64,000 nucleotides of DNA. Source: Lama glama. Taxonomy: Eukaryota. How positions within the stretch are numbered: the first letter of the stretch is position 1; each line of letters opens with the position of its first letter. The stretch covers positions 1,178,001 through 1,242,000 of the forward strand of contig CM052851.1 in NCBI GenBank assembly GCA_028534125.1, given 5' to 3'. Positions 10,511-22,500 of the stretch are shown here, in pieces. Both the position numbers and the translations under genes were made by a program. A model generated the notes under the pieces. The model ran no database searches. It was not told where the DNA came from and saw nothing but the letters and a program-made list of their open reading frames with translations.

Positions 10511-13500
10511 AGCCAGAGCGGCGAGTCCCAGTTCCCCTGACCTCAGGCTCTTCCAGGGCTGCTGACCAGGGGTCTCCAGACCCCAGGGCCAGGGAGGATG
10601 AGAGGCCCCCAGGAGAGGGGTGAAGAGTAGCCACTCAAAAGCCATTGCTGCGGCCCTGGCCTCCGTTCCTCACATTGGCCTGGACTCTCCTCCCCACCCA
10701 GGGCCCCTCTGCAGGCTGGAAGTCGCCGGTCAGCCGCTTGTTCCCTGAGAAGCAGGACAGACTGTGGGGGCGGCTGGGGGACCAGGACCATGAGGGACCC
10801 ATGGAGTGTGGGGCGCATTGCAGGGCAGGCGGGACACAGCATAGGAAGAGTGACCAAGGGTCTCTCTGCAGGGACACAAAGGAAGGCAGGGGACGCGGAA
10901 GGTCCTTGTACCAGGAAGACAGCAGCAAGGAGGCTCCAGACGGGCAGGGTGGCCGCAGCCGGAAATCTCTGGGCCTGGTGGTGACCCTGGGGCCGGAGGG
11001 GAGCAGGCGCCGGCCGGGCGTGCTTGGCCTGGCATGCTGGGCCACATGCTTGCCCACGGGGCTCATGGAACATTCTTGCGGGGGGCCAGGTCCGGGGCCC
11101 GAGGTGTGTGAGTCCCGGGGGGGCGCCGGGCACTATAACGCGGCACACGGCACACTTAGTCACCTCTGAGGTATGGCTCCCCGGCCTCGCCCCATATTGC
11201 CATGACAACGCCGGGAGGGGCCCACAAACAGCCCAAAACAGAGTGGCCCCCTGACTCCTGGTTGTCCCCTCGAGGGGGTGGGACAGGCTTGGAGAGACAC
11301 TGCCAAGTTTGGGAGAAGGAGCTTGCAGGCTGGCCTGGCTCCAGCCCTGCCCCGGGACGTGTGCACCCCGTCCCATCCCTGCCCCGCCGGGGCCCGAGCC
11401 AGGACGCCATGCAGGAACCTGTGCACGGGGGCTAGGGGGCTGGGGCGAGGCAGCCAGGTCCCCCGGGCTTGGGGGACCCCAGAATGTTGGGGTTTGTCAC
11501 AAGAGGGGCTTGGACATCTTGAAACCATGTTCTGGGGGCTCTGGGGCTGTCTGCTCATAGACGGACGCCCCCTCCCAGCAGGCCTTCATCTCCTTCTGCT
11601 AAAACGGGGACCCAGGGACCCTGCCGCAACTCCCCTGCCCCTCAGGCTGGCAGGGTACCCGGACCCCTCAGAGCAGGGCTGGGGGAGGCCACCGGGATGG
11701 AGCCCCGAGGGTGGCCGCCTGACGGGGGCAGTAGCGTCACATGGTGAGAAGGCCGTCTGCTGACGGTCTGCAAGGGCCCCTGCCCCCAGGAAAGGCACCC
11801 TCCCGCCACCCCCTCCCCAGGAACGCAGGCCCAGACTCGGGCCTGGAGCCCTGCAGGCTCCAGGGGCACCCATCTTTGTTTCGGGGTGCCTGTCCAGTTT
11901 GAGCCATGCTGGGCAGGCAAGGCCTGGGCGTGGGGGTCCGGGAGTTCCCTAAGGGCCCGGGGGAGGCTCCATTCCAGGTGGAGACCCCTGGGGACCACCT
12001 AGAGGAGTTTTGTCTGTATCACCAGGGGGAAGCCCAGGCAAGTTTCAGTCTGGGGTCTTTTGTGCACCTTCCCCCAAACCAGGCTAACGTGGGGGCCAAC
12101 CAGGGCAGTCCCAGACTGCCAGCACCCGCCCCCAGGCCCAGCCCCTGGGGGCTGGCAGCTGGTGTGGACCCAGTGCCAGAGCCTTGGACGGGACAGTGTC
12201 CCCCACAGCCTCGGGCTTAGGAGCACCCTCGTGCACCCCTCATGTCCCTCAGGGGCGGCGTTGCTGGCCAGGATGGGGTCCGGGTGTGGCTTGGAAAGGT
12301 CGTGTGCGGTGATGGCCGCACTGTCCTTCCCGGCTCAGCTGTCGGCAACCCGAAACCTCTGTGCTGGCCGGGAGCCTTGGGGCCAAAATTAGGGTCTGAG
12401 GAAGAGGCTATGGCATCACCGGGACATCTGAGCCTCCAGGGCAGCAGAAATATCCGACCCTGATGCCAGAGAGGCCAGTGCCACCCAGAAGGGCAGCTGG
12501 TGACAAGTTTTCAGAGAGCTCCAGGTGCCCCCAGGGAGGACGCCCGGGGAAGGGGAGGGGTCCGGGTCTCAGCTGCCCCTCCTCCGCCAAGGCGGCCCCC
12601 AGGCCCTGCCTTCCGGCTGAGTCTGCTCTCTGGGTTAGAGACCCTCCCCATGGGGTTGTGTCTTATCTCTGGGAAAGAAATTATGCGGTTTCTGACATTA
12701 AATTTTCATGCTGAAGTTTTCAGCATGCAGTTTGAAAAGTATTTTTCTTTTCCAAATAACACCTGGAGGGGAGGACTAAAGGGATGTTAAGTCGCTTGCA
12801 CAAGACTTTGAACGTGGGGGTGGGAGGGACTCTCCATCCCTCAAGCAACACCCCCCCAAAACCAGCAACGCTGGGGGTGCCTCCCCCTCCCAGACGTGAG
12901 TTACGGATCCCGGCCACGTGAGCCTCCTCACTGGGGCTCGGCTCTGGCCAGACCCCCTCCAGCTGCCAAATCCTGCCAGCTGCCCTAGCCCCTGGACCCC
13001 GTGGCGGGTGCCGAGGGTGGCATGGGGCCACACTGCATTTAGCACTCCAGCATACATTGTTCTTTGTCTCGCATGCCGGCTCCAGGCAGCCCTGCTCACA
13101 TCTGTGGGGACACGGGTGGCCAGCGGTCCTAGCCTCCTGTCCAGGAGCGGTGAGCCAAGGGAGCAGAGGGCTGGGGACGGCCCTGTGCGTGCCCCGGTGG
13201 TCCTGGGGCCCCAGCTGCGTTGCCGTCCGCAGGCCGCGGTGATGGAAAGGGCCTGTCCACTTGTGCTTTTGGTGACTGAAGGGACCCGCTTGGAAAATCT
13301 AGTCTCAAGCTTGTCTGTTGGGTCGTTTTGACTTGGGGATTTCCAAACCGCGGGGCCACAAGAGGTCACCCCGCCAACCCCGGCCTGCCTCATTATGTCA
13401 CAGCCAGATTGCTGTGACACCTGATGGAGTCCAGAAGGCTCCCAAGTGGGCGGCGGGCTGGAGGTGGGGGGGGGCGGCTGGGCGGGGGGCTGCGTGCTGC

Positions 13501-16500
13501 CGGCTCACTCACTCCAGTCCCACCGCACTCTGGGCGAAACCGGTTCCTCTCATCCCCCGCTGCCCCAGCACGCAGCCTGGGCCTCCGCACTGACTCCAGC
13601 CTGCTCCACGTCCTGCTGACTGCTAACGCCAGCCGGGCCCACGTGTCCACCCTCAGAGGCCTGATTCCACGCCAGACACTGCCCCCCACTCCCCACCCCC
13701 CGCGACAATGTGGCCACTCCCTGTTGCCAGCCTCATGTCACCCCCTCTTGCCCAGCCCCACTGTGCCCCACGTGCCCCCCATCCTGGCAAGACCGAGTGG
13801 GTTCCTGATGCTGCCAGGGCCCTGTGTCCTCCCTCCTTCTTCACGGCCGGGGACCCCCTTGGGCCCTTCCCTCTGCCTCACGTTGCATCTTCCTTGGGGA
13901 ATGGAATTATTAGGCTCAGGTCCGAGACCCCAGCCCCTTTGTGATCTCCCCGGGGCCCGGAACGAGGCCAGCGCTCATTTGGAGCGCCCCTGGGGTACAG
14001 CTCTCAGCCCCACACCAAGTTCCCTGGCCTGCCTCTGGCCCCATGCTTCTCCCAGCCCGTCTGCTCTTTCTCCCTCAGGGTCCCTGTCCGGCCCCTGCGC
14101 GCACCGGGCAGACAGGCCCTGGCTTGCTCTTCTTCATCTCAGCATTGCCCACTCGTGTCCCCTGGGACCCACAGAGTGACCACAGGGTCAGAGACCACAG
14201 AGATGGCACACCTGGGTCCTCCCCGGGCCCTCCAGGCCTCCTCCTTCTAGGAGGCTCCTGGGTTTCCCACAGCACTGCTCTCCGAGACCCCTCCCTGCAG
14301 CCTGGGGCCCCCCAGGAGCGGGCAAGAGCTAGTTAGCCTGGAGGTCAAGCCTTCCTCCATCAGGAGTTGGGCCCCGTGAGAACTGGGGGCAGAGGGCATG
14401 CAGGCAGGGTGGGGGCACGTGGGAAGGTGCCCGCAGGGGCCGGCAGGGTCACTGCCTCCATCCGCCTTCTCCTCCTCCTCCCTCTGCTCCCAGGGGAAAG
14501 GTGGGCGGTCCAGGGTCTTGGAGAAGGCACTGGGTGGGGGGTGGGCAGGAGCCTTGGTTGACGGGTGGATGTTTAACCCTCTCCCTGGTGATGGCCAACA
14601 GCCCGGCCTTGAGTGGCCAGGCAAGCCCGTCCACGGGCACAGAGCCGACAGATTTGGTGGCTCCGGTGCCCTGGAAACGGGAACTGGGTCGGCAGTGCCC
14701 AAGGCCGGGCAGCAAGCTCCCTCCTGTCCCCTCTGAGCCTGGCCTGTGGGCTCAGCCGGTCAGCACTTTCTGCAAACCCTGCACGCAGCAAGCAGAGCCT
14801 AGCCAGGTGGCCCGAGGCACGCCCCCGGAGGGACGGGCGGCCAGGCCCCACTGTGAGCCAGGGCACAGCCATTTTCCCCAGCGCGCACCCCACCACACTG
14901 CTGCCTCCTTGAGCCAACTCCTCTGGGGTCTGTCGTCTCCCCAGCCCTTCCTGCCTGCCCCGAGACCCTCCTCAACTTCCAGGGGCAGCATCGTGGCCTG
15001 GGAACCCTCTTCTCCCGGCCCAGGGGGCCGTGCGTCCTCTTCCTGCTGCAGAGAGAGGCGGGTGAGCCCCAGACAAGGGCACCCCGGACCCGCGTGGGCA
15101 GCCACGGCCCCAGGGGGCTGGAGCCGGATGACTGGCCAGCATGTCTCTCAGGACAGGAAGCGAGAGAGCAAGTAAGGTGTGGGCTATCTTGGTCTGGCTG
15201 TTGGGTCGCTTCTGGATCCCCAATCCCCCAAACCCCATATTTCTAATGGCTCCAAGTTCAGTCCCGCTGGGGTTCTGTGGGGCCTGGGCAAGGTCCAGAT
15301 TGGCCTGAGGGTGGCATCGGGGATCCCACGGTCACACCGTACGGTGAGCAGCAACACGCATGGGTCCAGCGCTATAAGGTGGTGGCCCCCAGCTGAGGCT
15401 GTGCGTGGTCCCCGCAGCAACCGGTGTCCCACCACTCCATGCCAGGCCAGGACACACAGACACCGAAGGGGTGACCACAGAGTCGCCAGGCCAGACCTCC
15501 CCCAGGCCCAGGATGGGCTCCAGCTGCCCCTGGACTGGCTCCTCCAGCTGTTCCTGCAGAGACTGCAGAGAGACACCCTGACCCCCGCCCTCCAGCCCAC
15601 CAACCCACCCACTCACCCGTGTGGCTTCCTTGGGAGCCACGGGCCACCATCCCACAGCCCGAAGTCCCTCTGAGCCCGGCCCCTCTGAAGCGGGAGCAGG
15701 AAGCAGATGGACGTTTCTGAGGGTCAGGAGCAGGAGAGAGGAGTTCGTGGGGAGGATGGGGCGAGACCTGAACACACGTGAGAGAGAACGCAAGAGGGGT
15801 GGGCGGTCTCCAGTGGGGACAGGGTGGACATTCCGAGCAAGAGGCAGGACTTGGGGGAGGGAGTGAGGAAGACGGTCAGGTGGGGGCCCTGGGGAAGGGG
15901 CCAAAACACGAGACTGGCGGATGGAAACTGGGGGTTGTAGCCCCTGGGGCCGGAGGGAAGGGGCCCTGATGGCCGCTCCTGGAGATAGAAGAGTGCGCGA
16001 AGCCGGCAGGGGCTGGAGGCAGAGTGAGCGGTGCCCGAGGCCCAGGAGCAGCATCTTCCCTTCTTGCTGAGGGGGGCGAGACGGGTGCCATTTTGCGCGG
16101 CCCTGTGTGCCTGGCGGGTGCCCCCGGTCTGCGTGCCCGAGAGCGAGAGCACCCTCCAGAGGTGGACGCAAAGCCAGAAGGACGAGCGTCTGCGTCTTGG
16201 AGGCTGTCGGGCTGGGAGGGCCTGGGGGGCGCTGGGGCTCCCGGGCCACATTCTGCCCCTGGGGCAGCCCCACCGAGAGGCCAGGCATCTTCACCGGGAA
16301 CAGGGAGAAGGGGGTCTGGAGAGACAGTTGTCCCAGAGCAGGCTAAGTGCCCCCGCACCAGCTGAGGGCTGGGCGCTGGGCACTGGGGTCCAAGGCAGGT
16401 GCTCTGCCCAGACGAAGCGGCCCTCGTCTGCTCACTCCTGCTCCTTTCCCGCACGCTCCACTTGAGCAGGATGGTGGTCACTCCGCTCGGGGACCCCTGC

Positions 16501-19500
16501 TGTCCACTGTGGACCCCAGTGGCCCACTCTGTCCTCTCTGGGCTTCTGTTCCTTGCATGTTGGGATCACAGCCCCATTGCCCCAGCTCCATGAGGCCGGG
16601 GCTGGAGGGTGTCTGGGGAAAGCCCCCTAGTATGCAAAGCCCCGTGGAGTTCAAGGCCTGCGCAGTGGGAGGGCAGTGGGAGGGGAGGGTGAGGACCAGA
16701 CTCCTGGTGCGTGATTTAGCTGGTGCACATTATTTGCTTAAGTCAAAACTCCCAGCCCAGTGGGGTTGGGGGCTGGGGAATTAGGGTGAAGGACACAGGG
16801 GCCTTTTCCTGATGGGGTCTGCTTATCCCAAAGGCCCCTTAGGCTGCAAGCATGGCCCCCACAGCAACTCACTTAGTGTGACACCTGCTCAGAGGACTCC
16901 CTTCTGGGACTCGGGGAGCCTCCTGAGGGGCCGGCTCTGCTCCTACCTCCTGGGAAGCCAGGATGCGAGGGAATGGGCTGAAATCAGATGGGATCAGGGA
17001 TACTTCCTGATTTGGGGTCGGGAGTAGCTCCTCCCAGGAGCCACGGCCACTTGGGCACCAGGGTCCTGGCCGGGTGGCTGGCAGAAGGGGCGGCCGTCTC
17101 CAGGTGGGACTCGGTACCCTGCAGCCCACGGAGCTGGACTCCGGGAACCTCCTTTGGTGAATGGTTGCCAAGGGGAGGCATCGCCCCCCACTCCAGCTCA
17201 GGCGCCCCCGCCAGCCCCTGGTCGCATCCTTACAGCCCACACCGGGCCCTCACCGGGCCCTCCTGTGCCAGGCTGGACCCTGAGGCTCTTCAAGGACTAG
17301 CTCCAGCCCGGACGTCCGGGAACTGACCTGTCCCAAGCTGCACGGCCGAGGTGCGGAGGCGGCCGTGCTGGGCTCCGGCCCAGGGTGGTCTCCGGGTTGG
17401 TGCCTGGGGCTCGGGGGAGAGGGTTGCTTTTCATAGTTTGGCTGAGGGGACGGCAAAGATGTGCTCCGTCCCGATCTGCGTGCCTCCTTCACCCACGGAC
17501 ATGGCCGCACGCCGGTCTCCATCACGGCTCCATCCTTGGCCATCTCACCGAGACTCGGGGACCCACGGTGGCTGCTCCCCCGCTGGTCAGCTGAGAGACG
17601 GCCCTTGACGCAGGGCGCACGCCAAGGAGGCCAGGGGTTGGTCACTGCCTGAATGTCCCCGGACTGATGCCCGTGTGCCCTTGGGCAGCCTTCCCCTCCG
17701 ACAGGCTGTCCAGGCCGGGAAACCCTAAGCCAAAGGGATTAAGAAGAAAGGACAGAATCGGCCGTTCCTGTGGCTGTGCCCGTCTGAGCTCCATTTAGTG
17801 TATATTTGCTCAGTGGGTAAAAACACAGAGGTGATGAAGCCAAGAGCCCGGACGTGCTCCCGTCCCTCAGGTCAGCCTGTGCGGAGGCCCCCCCACCGCA
17901 TCCCGCCCCGCCCCGCCCCGCCCTGCCCGGCCTCCCGGGCAGCCATCTTGCACATTCCTGTGGTCAGCAAGGAGGGCTCTGGGATAAAGGGATGGGGATG
18001 AGTGTGGAGCCCTCAGCGTGGGCACCCCAGCCAGTCCCTTGGACCCCAGGGCCCTGCCCAGCCGCCCAGCCTCCAGGCCGGCCTTGCCCCACCCCGGCCC
18101 TGAGGGTCCTCCCCCGAGGCCTCTGCTCCACGTGGGCAGGAGCTGCAGGCCCCACTCTGGCCTAGGCGGGGGGCCCCTCCCTGGACCCTGCCCCGGTCCC
18201 ACCTGGGGCCAGGCGCCTGCTGTCAGGTAAAATGCACCTTGAGCAGGGCCTGGGCGCCTGAAGCCCCTGTGCCCACAGGGCTGGGATCTTGGGCTCCCTG
18301 GGTGGCTGCTCCAGGGCCCCCTCGGCACCCTCCTGGCTCCATCACCGTCTGGAGACTTCCTGGGGTGTTGGGAGGGGGTGGAGACCCAGGAGGGTCCTTC
18401 CCAGGGTGGGGCTGGTAGGGGAGGCACTCCGACCCTCCCACCTGTCAGAAACGGCGTTGACAGTGACCTTAACTGCAGGTAATCCAGGTCATCTTCAGGG
18501 AGGGCAGAGGGACCCCGAGGGGATGGAGAAGGACCAAGATCTGAACCCCGTCCTCCCGAGTCCTCCCCGGCCCCTCTCTGGTCTCCTCCCCGGCTGGGCT
18601 CAGAGACGTCCCTTCCGGGCTCTGGAGTGGGCCCAGCTCAGTCCCACTCTGTCGTGGAGCCCCCGAAGTGCGGGTCTGGAGGGGTGGGGGCGGGGGGCAG
18701 GCCTTTCCTTCCCCCAGCCCTGCACTCGCAGACCCGACCACTTGAGTAACGAGGTCCAGGTGGCCCCTCACGAGGATCCTGGCGGGCTGCAGGGCCCACC
18801 TCGCGCCTGGGAGCAGCTAATGACAACCAGAGGCTGGAAGGTGAGCCCTCTCCTTTGCTGTCAGGGCGGTGCCGCTGACCCTCCGGCCGGCAGGTGGGCA
18901 GCAGGGCCTGGCCCTGCCGGCGACGGCTGATTCGGCCGCCGCCTTGGGGCGCAGGCCCTCCGCCGCTTCTCTGTCTCTCCGCCCAGGGCCCTGCTGCCAT
19001 GAGCCTTCCATGGGACCGGAGGGGGGCCCGCCGACGTTTCTGTGTCTCGGGTGGCCCCTTGAGGAGAGGGGTGTCACGGAGCGGCCTCCTTGTCCACCTG
19101 CCTCCAGGGTGAGGGCCAAGGAGGCCAGGCGAGCCAAGGGGCTTCCGTTCCGGAGGAGGAAGCGTTACAGAGAGGCGGCGAAGGCTCGCAGCAGTGGCAG
19201 GTGCTTGCCTTCCCTGCCCTGTTCCCCAGTGGAGGGGTCCAATGGCGGTTTCTATGTCACATGTATTTTACCACAATAAAGCAAAAACTGCCCAAGGAAC
19301 TGGAAAACTCTGAGCTCCGGACTGCCTGCACTTGCCAGATGGCAGCGTCCTACTCGCCGTCCCTCTCCCGGTGGGCCTGCCAGCCTGGCTCTGGCGCCCC
19401 GCACCCACTGACACCCCCCTCACAACCAGGAGACTGTGTCCTCTGACCCACCCCTGACCCCCGGCTCCCCTAGCCCTGCCCTGCACTGCACAGAGTAGTG

Positions 19501-22500
19501 GAGGCTGGACCTGAGCCAGCTGTGGCCGCTGGTGGGGAGCTGTGGGGACAGCAGTGTGGGAAGGCACACAGGCCCCAGGCACCCTCAGCATGTCCCCAGG
19601 GAAGTGCCAAATTCATCCCCAGGAAGGTGGCCAGGCGCACCAGCCCGGTCTGCAGGGTGGACGCCAGCGGGGTGGGCAGCGTGGGAGGCAGGGGGCATTT
19701 AGAGACTGGGAAGCTTGAGAAAGGTGGTGGGGAGAGGGCCCCCGCACACGAGGGCACTAGGGAGGAATCATGGGTGCACGTCTTCAGGTGGCCGGCCGCA
19801 GGGAGAAGGCTGCAGTCAACCCACATGGACCCGGGGCCAAGTGCCTTGGGGTCCTGTCGCAGTGGGTAGGAGACAGAACTCTGATTTTTATTACAGAAAA
19901 GAAAAGGGGGAACTGTTGCTGAAAAGTGTGGAGTTGGAGCTATAGGAGGGCGGGACCCGAGCTGCGTGCACGCTGGCCAGCTTGGGGGAAGGTCCAGGTT
20001 CAAGGCCCTCGAAGGGACCGCTGACCACAGCCCTGAGACCTGAGCATTGGTGCAGACCACCCCAGGCCGCCGTCCAGCGCAGACGTGCTGGCTGTGCACT
20101 TTTGGAGTGACTGAGACCATTGTGCAACTCTGGTCTGATGGAGAACAGGGTGGCCTGAGGGGTGTGCTGGGCGAGGCCCAGGGTCTATGGTTGGGACCCC
20201 CCACCATCAGCATCAGGGAGCCCACCAGCTGTGCCCGCGAGAGTCTGTTCTCTGGGCTCCTGGACCTGTGGGGGTCACAGCCCCTGCTGACATCTGCCCT
20301 GTGCACACCTGGCTGGGGCGGCCCCTGCCTCTCTCCTGGCCCAGCCCACACTCTCGCCCCTTCCAGGAGGGAGCTTTGCCCTTTGGGAAGCCCCCAACCC
20401 CAGCCCGCTATGGTCATCTCGGGCCCCATCTGAGGAGCCTGCCAGCCCGCCCAGCGGGTGTGCTGGGGTTGGCCGGCCCATCACAGGGAGCAGGTGTCGG
20501 TGGGTGAGCTGGTCCCCGAGCTCTGAGCCAGGTAACTGGGCCCAGGCAGATGGACATTCCTGGCAGAGCCTGTGGCCCGCAGGACACAGTGGTCCCTGTT
20601 GGAGCCCTGTCTGCCTCCCTCCAGGGCCACTTGGAGCCCAGAACTCCAGACGGGGAGCGGAACGGGACGCCGGCAGGGGGGGCTCTGGGTAGCGTCTCCT
20701 CACAGCTTTCCCATGACGCCCCCGTAATCTGGGCTCTGCTCCTTGGCACCCCCGGACCTCACAGCTGCTGGGCCCGGCCAGCTGCTCCTCCCCCCGCCCA
20801 GCCCGGGACCGAGCAAGTGTCGGGGCATCACTGCCTTTTCCCATGGCGAGGCTGGGGCCGGGGGGCAAGGAATTTGAGGAGGAAGCAGCAGCGACCGAGA
20901 ATTTGGAAAATGCATCCCACTGCTGGGAGCACTGGGCAGATGCCGGCAGGGGGATTAGGGGAAAGAAAGTGTGGACACACAGTCCTGGGTGGGCCGTGAC
21001 GGATGGGGCAGCCGGGGGCTCTCCTGCCCATGCGGGTGAGGCTGCGGGAGCAGCTGTCCCCATCCGTCAGCCTGCCCCTCCTTCCAGTGTCTCATCGAAG
21101 ACCTTCGACCCCAGGCAGGGGGAAACTGGATTGGAGACCCTGCCTACACCCCCAGCCTGTATCACCAGCCTGCACCCCCAACCTGCACGGGGACCTGAGA
21201 CAGACGATGGGGGTTCAGGGTGCAGGGCTCCCCTGATGTCAAAGTCTGGGCCTGGAGGACCACCTCTTCCGCTGGCTCCATCCTCTGTCTCTTGCCCTCG
21301 CCTCTGGGGGCCTGAGTCCCTCAGTTTGGGCCCTCAATGGGGGTGCCCCTAGGGGAAGAGGGGTTAAGGCTGCTGTCTGGTGGGTCTGGCCCCTGGGAAC
21401 CCTCCGGAATAGCAGCTGTCCCTGCCGCTTGGAGCCGGCTGACAGGTCTGCTTGGCCCCCTGGGCTAAGGCCTCTGTGATTGATTGTGGTGGCTATTCAC
21501 ACCGGGGCAGTGAGCCCTGCAGCTGCTCGGAGGGGCCGAGGGGGCCGAGGGGCGCCTCCTCCACCCCCACACCGCCCCTCCTTCCCCCCTGCCTGCTTGG
21601 GCTGGCTTCACCTGCCTGGCTGGCCTGGCTCCTTCCTCTCCCGGGGTCTCAGGAAGGCAGCCCCCACCCCCACCTCCCCAAACCCCGGCAAAGCGACCCA
21701 AGCGTGGCGGCCAAGGCTTTTGGTGACCTTAGAGAAACCAGGTCGCCTCTGGCCCAGCGGAGGCATGATTGGGGACGATGAGATTACAGCTGCCCCCTAC
21801 CAGGTCCAAGTCAATTTGCAGCACCAGAGAAGCAGAAAATTATGCTGCCCACGCAGGGGAGGGCTCGGCTCGAGGCGGGGGGGTGGGGGGACTCAGGGAC
21901 ACTGCAGGGGGAGCCGTCCCCAGGGGAAGAAGGGCTGGGCCTCAGCACCGGATACCCGGGGTGGGACGTGGATGGGGCTGCTGGGACCACCGCCGGGCCT
22001 CCTGGAACATCAGTCCCAAAGGGGGGTGGATCATGAGTTGGAGTTTGACCTGAAAAACAAGGCTTGGGGGAGGTGGGCGGAAAGGGGGCCGTGGGGGCCC
22101 CGCCAGTCACGTCTCCCTGACACTCGGCGTTTGCTCAGCCAACTTTGCAGAGACCCGGGCCGACAATCCCCTGGGTCATTGACTCCTGGGCCCCCTTCCT
22201 GTGGCCTCCTCACTGGCCTCGTCTCTCTGCCCACCCCCAGCCCCCCGCCCCCTCCCTCTGCGCTGTTGCCTCACTCCCTCCGGGGCCTCCAGGGTGCATG
22301 GGAAATGACACTGCCCACCCGGCCGAGGAGGGGAGCAGGAGGGGTCTGTGTGGCGGCCTGGGGCTCCCACAGCTGCACCCACCCCCCACTCCCCACCTAG
22401 CAGGACTTCAGGGGCAGAGTGCCCAGGGGCTGGTGCTCCTGCTCTGTCTCCGGGGCATGCGTGCTGGCCACTGCCCTCAGACCAGGGTAGAGAACGCCAC

